Source of the DNA: Octopus vulgaris | Lineage: Eukaryota | Direction: 5' to 3' | Assembly: GCA_951406725.2 (NCBI GenBank) | Contig: OX597826.1 | Coordinates: 23,436,001 to 23,500,000, forward strand | Length of the DNA: 64,000 nucleotides | In this document: piece by piece, positions 53,320-64,000 of the stretch | Position numbering within the stretch: the stretch's first letter is position 1 | How the letters are laid out: every line of letters starts with the position of its first letter | Position numbers and translations under genes: made by a program | The notes under the pieces: generated by a model | What the model saw: the letters and a program-made list of their open reading frames with translations, nothing else | Told to the model about the DNA's origin: nothing | Databases searched by the model: none

Positions 53320-54420
53320 TAATTGAAGGCAGTGAGGTGGCAGGATCATATGCTGGGCAAAATGCTTAGCTGTATTTCATCCATTTTCATGATCTGAGTT
53401 CAAATTCTGCCGAGGTTGACTTTGCTTTTCATCTTTTTGGGGTTGATAAAATAAGTACCAGTTGAGTACTGGGGTCGATCTAATTTCAGGCCTTGGTTAC
53501 TATTATTATTATTAATTGAAGGCTGTGAGCTAGCAAAATTGCTTGCACACTGGGCAAAATACTTAACAGCATCACGTTCGTCACCATGTTCAAATTCTAC
53601 CAAGGTTGACTTTGCATTTCATCCTTTCGGGGTTGATAAATTAAGTATCACTTGAGCCCAGGGGTTGTTGTAATTGACTTATCCCCTTCCCCGAAATTGC
53701 TGCCCCTGTGGCAAAATTTTAAATTATTATTATTATTATTATTATTAAAAATGGGTGGCGAGCTGGCAGAATTGTTAGTATGCTGGACGAAATGTTCAGT
53801 AGTATTTTGCTCTTCATTACATTCTGAGTTCAAATTCCGCCAAGGTTGACTTCGCCTTTCATCGATAAATTAAGTACCAGTTACGCATTTGGGTCGATTT
53901 AATCAACTCATCTCCTTCCCCAAAACTGCTGCCCTTGTGGCAAAATCTGAAACCATTATTATAATTATTAATGCAGCAACTGACAGGATCATTATCGCAC
54001 CCAGCAAAATGCTGAGCAATATTTTGTCTGTCTTTAGATTTTGAGTTCAAATTCCACCGAGGTCAACTTTCCTTTCATCCTTTTGGAGGTCGATGAAATA
54101 AATACCAGTTGAACACTGGGGTCAATGTAATTGACTAGCCTTCTCCCCACTAAATTTCAGGCCTTGTGCCTATAGTATAAAGGGTTATTATTTTTATGAA
54201 TGCAGCAATCTGGCAGGATCATTAGCACACTGGAGAAAGTACTTAGCAGTATTTCGACTATTATGTTCTGAATTCAAATTTCACCGAGGTCGACTTTGCC
54301 TTTCATCCCTTCAAGGGTCAATAAAACAAGTACCAGTTGAGTCTTGGGGTTGATGTAATCGACTTACCCCTACCTCTGAAATTGCTGGTCATGCACCAAA
54401 ATTTGAAACAATATTATTAT
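52760..54420 (+). mobile_element. Head-to-tail array of ~7-8 SINE family 2 copies separated by (TTA)n
   Basis: The GTTCAAATTC..GACTTTGCCTTTCATCC..TAAGTACCAG core recurs about every 200-250 bp, always in the same orientation. Confidence 0.85.
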
Positions 54421-54621
54421 TGTTGTTATAGGCGCAGAGGTGGGTGTGTGGTAAGAAGCTTGCTTCCTAACCATATGGTTCCAGGTTCAATCCCAATGCA
54501 TGGCACCTTGGGCAAGTGTGTTCTGTTATAGCCTCAGGCCGACCAAAGCCTTGTGAGTGGCTTTGGGAGATGAAAACTGGAAGAAGCCCGTTATATATAT
54601 ATATATATACATATATATATT

Positions 54622-54660
<39 letters not shown>

Positions 54661-55149
54661 TTGTGTGTCTGTGTCTGTTCCCACCACCATCACTCAACAA
54701 CCGATGTTGGTGTGTTTACGTCCTTGTAACTTAGCGGATTGACAAAAAGACACCAATAGAATAAATACTAGACTTATGAAGAATAAGCCCTGTGGTGGCC
54801 GATTTCTTCAACTAAAGGCAGTGCTCCAGCATGACCCCAGTCAAATGACTGAATCAAGTAAAAGAATAAATGAATAGCTGTTTTTGTTGTTGCTGTTGCT
54901 GTTGTTGTTGTTGTTGTTGTTGTTACTGCTGTTATTTAAAAAAAAATTTATTTCGAGATAGGCGTCTGAGTGACTGTATGGTAAGTAGCTTCCTTACGAA
55001 CCACATGGTTCCGGGCTCAGTCCCACTGCGTGGCACCTTGGGCAAGTGTCTTCTACTATAGCCTCGGGCCGACCAAAGCCTTGTAAGTGGATTTGGTAGA
55101 CACAAATTGAAAGAAGCCCGTCGTATATATGTATATATATATATGTGCA

Positions 55150-55185
<36 letters not shown>

Positions 55186-55569
55186 TGTATGTGTATGTGT
55201 GTATGTGTGTATGTGTGTGTGTGTAAATGTTTATGTCTGTGTTTGTCCCCCCAGCATCGCTTGACAACTGATGCTGGTGTGTTTATGTCCCCGTAACTTA
55301 GCAGTTCAGCAAAAGAGACCGATAGAATAAGTATTAGGCTTACAAAGAATAAGTCCAGGGGTCAAATTGTTCAACTAAAGGCCGTGCTCCAGCATGGCCA
55401 CAGTCAAATGACTGAAACAAGTAAAAGTATATAACTTTCCCCCATCCCTAGAGTATGGTAGCAAAACTGTCGCTTGAAGTATGTTATTTTGTGATTCTGA
55501 AAGAGCAAGCATTTTTATTTCATAGTATTTTTATACTTGTGTTTCTTGCATGAACTTTTAATGTTTGCT

Positions 55570-56110
55570 TACGTGGTGTGTATGTGGGTCTCTGAGTATG
55601 AGAGTTACTGTGTTTGTGTGCGTGTTTGTGTGTGATGTGTGTATGGGTTGTGTATGTGTGTGTGTGCATGTGTGTGTGTGTGTGCTTGTGTGTCAGTGTG
55701 TGTGCCTGTATGAGTGTGTGTGTGTGCATGTGTGTGTTTGGTGTGTATGTTCAAGTGTGTATTTATGTACATTTGCATGTTTGTGTGTGATGTGTGCATG
55801 GGTTGTGTGTGTGTGTGTGTGTGTGTGCGCACGCGCATGCTTGTGTGTCAGTGTGTGTGCCTGTATGAGTGTGTGTGTGTGCATGTGTGTTTTGTGTGTG
55901 TGTGTGCAAGTGTGTATTTATGTGCATTTGCATGTTTGTGTGTGATGTATGCATGGGTTGTGTATGTGTGTGTGTGTTTGTGTGTGCATGTGCATGTGTT
56001 TGTGTGTGTGCGTGTGTGCTTGAATGTGTGCATATATGTATGTGTGCATGTGTGTGTGTGTTTGTGAGTATGTGTGTGCATGTGTGTGCGTGTGTGCATG
56101 TGTGTGTGTT
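55570..56110. repeat. Complex (TG)n tract with ~155-bp higher-order duplication
   Basis: GCTTGTGTGTCAGTGTGTGTGCCTGTATGAG occurs twice (~55684 and ~55839). Confidence 0.85.
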
Positions 56111-57315
56111 GGTTTGGATATATTGAAAAGGACTTTTTGTTTTGAATTACAAGTATATTCTCAGCCTACATTAATGCTGCTGCTGTTCACGATGATGATG
56201 ATGATGATCATCATCATCATCATAGCTATGCCTGCTGGTCCTATTTTATTTTTCACATCAACATTCCCCTCCTACTCCACAAAAAAAAATGTAAATTTGA
56301 CTTCAGCAAGAATTGAACTCTGAGCGCAGAGTAGAATAAGAACAAACATTGTGAAGTATTTTAGCTGATGCTCTGATGACTCAGCCATTTCACAGCTCTT
56401 TGTAATTCATGCACAGTCTAAGAAAACACGCAAGGTTTTGACTACTACAGCTGAATAAGAATAAGTTACATCTGAACCGTGATTCTTCACTACACAAGTG
56501 ATGGTTTCCAGGCCATGCATCACAGTAAACTGCTGAGAGGCAATATTTAATTATATTAATTTGAGAAGAGACCTCTAATCATAGAAAATTTGCCTCAATG
56601 AATTCTGCCTGAACCAAGCAATCGTGGGGAAAGTGAACAGGGATAGCCATGGCTGAGTAATTAAGAAGCTTGCTTTTGACAGCTTTGTGGTTTCAAGCTC
56701 AGTCCCCTCCTCCTCCTCTTCCTCCTCCTCATCATTATCATCACCACCATCACCATCGTCATCATTGTTGTTGTCATCATCATTATCATTTAACATGTTT
56801 TTCATGCTGTCATGGGTTGGATGGTTTAACAGGAGCTAGCCAGCTGGTGAGCTGCTCGGGCTCTATGTCTGTTTTGACATGGTTTCTATAGCTGAATGTC
56901 CTTCCTAACACCAACCACTTTACCGAGTGTACTGGGAGCTATTACACAGCACCAGTATGGGTGCTTTTTATGTAGCACCAGCACAGGTGCTTTTATGGCA
57001 CCAGCACCCACAAGCCCATAAGATTAGGATTACTCAGCTGAAGTGGGGATGCAAGGGGCATGCCTGTAAACAAGGACAACCATGATTTCACTTAGCTTGA
57101 CATGTCTTCTCAAGCACAGCAAACCACCAAAAATCTTGGTCCTCTTTGAGGCCCAACATCCGAAGATCCTTTCTCACTACTTTATCCCATGGCCTCCTGG
57201 ATCTACCCTTTTCACACATTCCCTCCACAATGAGAGATCAGCACAGTCCTGAGCTCACAAATGTCTTGTGAGTGAATTTTATCAACAGTAACTGTATGGA
57301 AGCTTGTCATATATG

Positions 57316-57439
<124 letters not shown>

Positions 57440-57442
57440 TTT

Positions 57443-57644
57443 TCTTCAAAATGTAACCACATGTGAATCGTTGGTGATTTTCTTCCTCCGTCTTCCCTTC
57501 TATTGAACTTTCCTCTGTTTCTGAAGAAGAGCACCTGCTCAAAATGTTAAATCATCTTTCTTTCCTCCCCTGAGCATCTGCTAATACATTACATGGACCA
57601 TGTTCTCGCATTGTTGTGTTTTTGTGTTTGTTCTTTTTGGGATT

Positions 57645-57650
<6 letters not shown>
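57443..57650 (+). mobile_element. Solo Penelope 3' pLTR-like fragment
   Basis: Homologous to the reverse complement of 61412-61626; degenerate CTGAAGA-agagc..gctc-aAAA core; inside (TA)n. Confidence 0.6.
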
Positions 57651-57677
<27 letters not shown>

Positions 57678-57683
<6 letters not shown>

Positions 57684-58585
57684 GGATGGAAAGTAAGTAG
57701 GTATTAGAAATTGCTTATAGAATTTTTAGCATCACTGAAGTCATAACAAAGACATTTTTTTAAACAGACAACACTAATGGGGATTTCTTATTTTCCTATT
57801 GTCTTATCGTCTATTTTTTAGTTTCCAGATGGCCGGTCACTTGACTGTTCATGAGCGAACTAAGATAGCAGCATGCTATGAAGTGTGGAATTCCATTGTT
57901 TTGGTTCAGAGGTGGTGGCATGCATGGAAAGGTAAGCATGCAACACTACGTCCAGGGACAATAAAAAGTTGTCATGCAAAGCTGATGACCACAGGCTCTG
58001 TGAACGATGCAAGAATTAGCTTTCCAATCACATCTCGATCAGCAGAGAACATGGCAACAGTGCGTGAAATGTTTACTCGCAGCACACAAATAACAACATG
58101 TCAAGCAGCTTGTGAAAGTGAACTAACAAGACACAATACATATGGTGTTGCATAAAGAATTGAATTTTCATCCATAGAAACCCTATTATGTGCAGGAGCT
58201 AAAACCCGAAGATTGCAAGCACAGAATGGAATATAGAATGGCCTCCAAGAAGTCCAGATCTCACTCCATGTGATTTTTACCTGTGGGGTTACACAAAAGA
58301 AGAGGTGTACAAGAGAAAACCTTGCACACTGGAGGACTTAAAGACATGGATTCAGGAGCTTCTCAATGATATCCTAGATGATATACTTCAGAAGGTTGTT
58401 CATTCCCTCCTTGGCCATTTGAAGAAACTGGTTGATGCTACCGGTGCTTTCATTGAAATATGAAGATTTACTTTCATTTTCCCATGTTATAAAGAACATG
58501 TATAATTTTTTTTTCAATAAATTTGTACAAGGAATATGGATTTTATTACCAATTTTTAATGACTACTTACTTTTCACCAACCCTG
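57678..58585 (+). mobile_element. Tc1/mariner-superfamily transposon (DUF4817-type HTH), internally deleted
   Basis: ~40-bp imperfect TIRs ((C/T)AGGGT(G/T)G.TG.AAAGTAAGTAG..) flanked by TA. N-terminal HTH-like ORF 57799-58155 and WPPRSPDLTPCDFYLWG motif. Confidence 0.85.
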
Positions 58586-58588
58586 TAT

Positions 58589-58622
<34 letters not shown>

Positions 58623-58654
58623 TAGAAGGTTTGGAGGTGAGGTACAGGTATTAT

Positions 58655-58916
58655 ATATTAGAAAAAATTAGGTACTCAGAGATCTACATGGTTGTACATT
58701 TACAGATTTTTATTAATATGTCACATGTTTTTATAAATCATATATTAGTGCTTGCATCTACTTCAGTAGAATCTTCAGATTTTGAAGAATTTTGAATTTG
58801 AAGAATCTACTAGAGTAGATGCAAATCTAATATATCATTTATAAAAACATATGACATATTAATAAAAATCTGTAAATGTACAACCATCCAGATCTCTGAG
58901 CACCTTATTTTTTCTA

Positions 58917-58920
<4 letters not shown>
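58655..58920. repeat. 266-bp fold-back element (arms ~125 bp, 13-nt loop)
   Basis: ATATTAGAAAAAATTAGGTACTCAGAGATCT... mirrored by ...AGATCTCTGAGCACCTTATTTTTTCTAATAT. Confidence 0.92.
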
Positions 58921-58967
<47 letters not shown>

Positions 58968-59390
58968 TGTCTCTCTCTCACTAGACAACCAGTGTTGGTT
59001 TGTTTGCATTGCTGCAACTTGGCAGTTTGGCAAAAGAGACTGAATGGATAAGAACTAGGCTTTAAAAAATATAAATACTGGTGTCAATTGGTTTGACTAA
59101 AACCGTTCATGGCCACAATCCAATGACTGAAACAAGTAAAAGATAAAAAAAAAATTTATAATGATGATGGTAATGACGACAATGATAATGATGTCCAGGG
59201 TGTGATCTGAGGGACATTTGGTTGCTATTTCTCATATGCTGAGTGACTGCACAGGGACTCCATCAACAATGGTTCTAATCATATTATTAGTTATAGCAGT
59301 TATCCATAATTAAAATGTTAGACTCATGCCTTATTTTATCATTAGATATATAGGCAGAAATGCAGCATATAATTTATCAACACACACACT

Positions 59391-59474
<84 letters not shown>

Positions 59475-59559
59475 CATACATACATACATACATACATACA
59501 TACATACATACATACATACATACATACATACACACAACACATATATATAAAGAACTTAC

Positions 59560-59621
59560 AGTGACTCTCCCATCAGTTTCTTCAGTGAAATTTGTTGTTG
59601 CTGTAGTATTGAATTCATAAT
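59560..59621 (-). CDS. Probable host gene exon (T-rich linker, N-glycosylation sequons)
   Basis: tttttaag|...ACT|gtaagt, 62 nt, phase 1-0, compatible with the 50325 acceptor. [21 protein letters not shown]. The gene presumably continues beyond the window. Confidence 0.55.
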
Positions 59622-59875
59622 CTTAAAAATAGAAAGATATTTTTATACATACATGAATACATACACACATGCATATATACATATATATTTATACATTTAG
59701 GCAGATTTAAAGTGGTGGTGGTGGGGGACTTTTTGGGGTAGGCATGGCGCAAACTGTCTTTCTTAGGGGAGTGGTCAAAAGAATCAGTGATAAAGTAGAT
59801 AAAAGAATAAAAGAATAAATAGAATAATAGAATAGAGTTTTAGGTAAAAAAGAAGACTATCACTTATATCTATAT

Positions 59876-59919
<44 letters not shown>

Positions 59920-60028
59920 GTATACACACATACATACATACACATATATATATGCACCCATATACATACATATACGTACACACCCATACACATACTCATA
60001 CATACACACATACATATATCCATACACT

Positions 60029-60072
<44 letters not shown>

Positions 60073-60249
60073 AATACACACACACATACATGCCAACATG
60101 CAAGCACACGCACACATATATCTACACATTAAATTAGAGACAAAACCACTATTAGGCAAATCAAACAATGAAAGACTTAAGCCAATACATATGATTAATT
60201 TATATTATTTAAATATGTAACAAAATTATTAAAAAATATAATTAATATC

Positions 60250-60312
60250 CCACTACGATCGTTTCCTGCCTGCTGTCTTCAAATTTTTGAGTCGCAGTCA
60301 TTCATCAGGTGG
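60250..60312 (-). ncRNA. Type I hammerhead ribozyme-like fold with palindromic stem III
   Basis: Reverse complement: CCAC-CTGATGA-aTGaCTGC...GCAGgCAg-GAAA-CGATCG-TA-GTGG, inside an ~770-bp AT-rich insert (60130-60900) between (TA)n/(CA)n tracts. Confidence 0.72.
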
Positions 60313-60923
60313 TTTAAATATCTAAAATATAATCAATATTTTTAAGATATAAATAATATATATAATCTAAAATAATAATTTACTTATAATAAACTCTATT
60401 ATTAAATATGATTATATCGAAATCGACTATAATGTTAAATATTAACTTTAATTTATAAGGTAGAAAACCCATATTCTAATATCAATATTAGTCTATATCT
60501 AATTACATAAATATTTAAAATGACTAATATATATAAATTATCAACGAAAATATATATAAATATTATAATCAAGATCTAAAATAATCTCTATAAATAATTG
60601 TATATAATGAGAACCTAATAAATTTAATTTTTCATATTTAAAGATGAAATAGCTAATTTCAAAGTACAAATAAACTAACTTAAACTGACTTTCAAAATCT
60701 TATGTAAAATACTTATAGAAATATTCAATTCTTAGTAATATAGTATTAAATAAATACTATAAGTACTATAAACATAATTATGAATGGGAATAATTATCTA
60801 ATATAAATTATGCTATTAAATTAGACATGGCCTAGACCATCTTTAGTCGAAACATATCTAATTTTATCAAAGTTTATCTAATTTATTTAATATCTAATAA
60901 CATAGATATATATATATATAACG

Positions 60924-60963
<40 letters not shown>

Positions 60964-60984
60964 TATATATATGCATATATATAT

Positions 60985-61054
<70 letters not shown>

Positions 61055-61344
61055 GTATGCATATATATAACACATCATCAACATCATCATCATCATCGTT
61101 TAACGTCCATTTTTCATGTTAGCATGGGTTGGACAGTTCGACCAGGGGCTGGGAAGCCAGGAGGCTGCACCAGGCTCCAGTCTGATCTGGCAGTGTTTGT
61201 ACAACTGGATGCCCTTCCTAATGCCAACCACTCTGTGAGTGTAGTGGGTGCTTTTTATGTGCCACTGGCATAGGGGCCAGAGGAGGTTGGCAATGGCCAC
61301 GATCAGTTGGTGCTTTTTACGTATCACACATATATATATATGTA

Positions 61345-61411
<67 letters not shown>

Positions 61412-61416
<5 letters not shown>

Positions 61417-62163
61417 TAATCCAAACAAGAAAGCACAAAAAAACACAACAACGCGAGGACATGGAACAAATATAGTATTATTGGACGCTCAAGAAAGAAG
61501 GAAAGAAGGAGGGTTTAGCGTTTCGTGCGGAGCTCTTCGTTGGAAACATAGGGGTAGGAAAGATCCAGAGAAGGGAAGACAGAGGAAAAAAAATCGCCAA
61601 CAGTACACACGAGGTCACATTTTGAAAGACTGGACGGAAAAGGGTGAAGAAAGTTGTTTTCAAAGACAGAAGAGTAGTTCTGTCAAAGACAAGAGAATGT
61701 GTATATAAGTGTGGATATGTGCGTGCGCAGAGGTTTGCGTGTGTGTATGTGTGTATGTGTGCAATGATGACACGTGGGTGTGTGTGCATGTGTGTGTATG
61801 TGTGTGTGGTTGTGGCTGTTGAACAAAGCGTGTTTGTAGGGCTAGTAATGTGAAGGTCGAAGAAGAAGGAGTGGTGTCTTTTGTCTCTACCACAGGTTAG
61901 TACTGCTACTTTTAAGTATGTGTGTGTGTGTGTGCGTGTATGTATATGTGTCGTGTGTGTGTTTTTTTTGTAGTGTTTCTGTGTATGTATGTGTGTTTGT
62001 GTGTGTATGTGTCGAGTTTGGGTGTGTGGCAAATAACTGTGCTTTACTTAGTGTATGTGTGCGTGTGTGCTTGTATGTGCGTAAGTGTGTATACATGTAT
62101 GTATAATTGTGTGCGTGTATGTATAATTGTGTGCCGTGTGTATGGGATGTATGTGTGGGTTCA

Positions 62164-62198
<35 letters not shown>

Positions 62199-64000
62199 GC
62201 GTGCGTGTCGTATGTGCGTGTAGTTGTGTGTGCGTGTACGTGTGCGTTTGTATGTGTGTGTGTAAGCGTATATGGGTGTATATCTGTGCATTCTTGTGCG
62301 TGTGTGTACGTTTGTGTACGTGTGTGTGTGCACGGGCATATGTGTGTGTGTGCGAGGGTGTGTGTGGGTATGTGTATTTGTGTATGTGTGCGTGTGTGTA
62401 TGTGTGTGGAAGTATGTGTGCGTATATGTGCATGTATGTTGTATGTGTGTGTGGTGTGTTGGACGTATGTGTGTGTTCGTGGATACGTGAGTATGTGTGT
62501 GTATGTGTTTCTGTATAAGGACAATAATTTATAAAAACAATAAAATAATAAAAAATCAAAAAACAAAAAATTATTAAAATAATAGAAAAGACGTAATAGC
62601 ACGTAAGGAAAGAAATGAAAAAAAGACAAAGAAAAAAAGAAAATGAGGAAGAAATAAGAAATAAAGTTGCTTCTTGCGGAAGGTGGAGACGTAGTCACTA
62701 AGAGGAGGGGGCTGTGTTGAGTCTGTGCGGGGTAATAGTCTGTAAAGTGATAATAAACCGTTGCTCCAAGTGAAGCCTGGATTGTGGAGGTCCGTTGTGT
62801 GGGGCGAGACCAAACACCGACATGTCACCGGGGGAATGGCTGGCCGAGCAGAAGTGACGTGCGACGGGAGAATTGGAAGGCAGCCGAGATGTTCGGCAAA
62901 CCGGTCGGCCAACCGGCGTCCCGTCTGTCCTACATAAAGTATCCCGCAGAAGTTGCATTTTATGCAATATATGAGACCAGACGAAGTGCACGTAAAAGAA
63001 TGTCTAATACGTACAGTTCGCTGGTTGGAGCCGGTGACAGCAGTGGTGTTGGTGATGAAGGGGCAGGTGTTGCAGCGGGATCTGGAGCACGAGAAGGATC
63101 CATGTGGGGCTGAGGGGGAAGAGGAGAGGGTGCTACGTACCAGGAGATCGCGTAGATTCCGCGCTCGTTTAAAGGAGGACAGGGGTGGTTTGGGGAAATG
63201 GGGCGGGTCGTGGGATTGAGCTGGAGACGACGGAAGGCACGTAGTATGCTCCGACGAAGGGGTAGAGTGGAGGGGTGGAAAAGGAGGGGAAAGGGGGTGC
63301 GGTTGGGGGTTGGTGAGAGGAAGGAGAAAGGGCGGTAGTGCGATCGATGCGACGAGCGCGGGCAAGGGCGTTCAAGACCAGGGTTGGGGGGTATCCTCGA
63401 TGCCTGAACAGGCGGGCCAGGTACTGAGACTGGGTCTCGAAATCCTGGTCGCGGCTGCACAAGCGTCGGAGGCAGAGGAACTGGGAGTAGGGGATGGCCC
63501 GTTTGGTGTGGAAGGGATGGGAGGAGAAGTTGAGATAGAGGTGGGAATCTGTGGGTTTGAAGAAGGCGGAAGTGGTGAGAGAGTGGGAGGGGTGGTCGAT
63601 GCTAAGAGAGATGTCAAGGAAGTTAGCAGAGGTATTTGAGATGGTGGAAGTGAATTGGAGAGAGGGGTGGAAGTTAGAGAGGAAAGAGATGAAATGGCAG
63701 AGTTGTTTGCGGGAGAGGGAGGTGGCGCCTATGCAGTCGTCTATGTAGCGACCGTATAGCTCTGGGGTCGGCCCGGAGAATTGGGAGAATACTTGGGCCT
63801 CAATGTAGCCAACAAAGAGATTGGCGAAATTGGGGCCCATTCTCGTTCCTATCGCGACCCAAGACAGCTGTTGGTACGTTTCCCCGGCGAACGTGAAGCA
63901 GTTGAGGGTGAGGACGAGCTCTGCCAGGCGGAGAAGGGTGGGAGTGCTGGGGGTGGGGTCGGGGCGACGGTCGGGGAAGTATGGGAGGGCTAAGAGACCG
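61412..64000 (-). mobile_element. Penelope-like element (RT + GIY-YIG), frameshifted, runs off the window end
   Basis: GTRMGPNFANLFVG, RYIDD, FLDI, then CNTC and LIYCIKC..LYVGQTGRRLADRFAEH (62696-64000). Putative long (CA)n-rich 3' region ending in a pLTR-like segment at 61412-61626; linkage of that segment to the ORF is inferred. Confidence 0.85.

Noticed and set aside
56470-56532. Possible 63-nt minus-strand exon (ctcag|...|gtaact)
   Set aside because: Weak pyrimidine tract and donor, and no similarity to the rest of the protein.

Overview
Eukaryotic, AT-rich, microsatellite-dense genomic DNA, most likely a coleoid cephalopod (Octopus-like, inferred from the SINE/LINE repertoire). Most long ORFs belong to decayed retrotransposons: a near full-length Tx1-like L1-clade LINE, eight R4/Dong-type RLE LINE copies or fragments (about four subfamilies) stacked in (TAA)n tracts, RTE LINEs and a Penelope-like element. 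There are also two Tc1/mariner relics, a Helitron, MITE-like fold-backs and many tRNA-derived SINEs. Largely missed by the ORF track is the 3' part of a minus-strand spliced host gene. I reconstructed 8 phase-compatible exons between 59621 and 24544. They encode an S/T-rich linker, nine 11-aa QYP repeats and five one-exon PLAC-like six-cysteine modules, probably the tail of a molluscan ADAMTS/mig-17-like secreted protein. The most notable unexplained signals are: (i) several type I hammerhead-ribozyme folds in non-coding elements embedded in (TA)n tracts; (ii) a 4-kb intronic 85-bp satellite whose unit reads octamer-TATA-Inr-like; (iii) a community of LINEs and SINEs sharing (TAA/TTA)n targets, including a SINE whose 3' end resembles that of the Tx1-like LINE. 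All calls were made by eye and coordinates of repeat boundaries are approximate.
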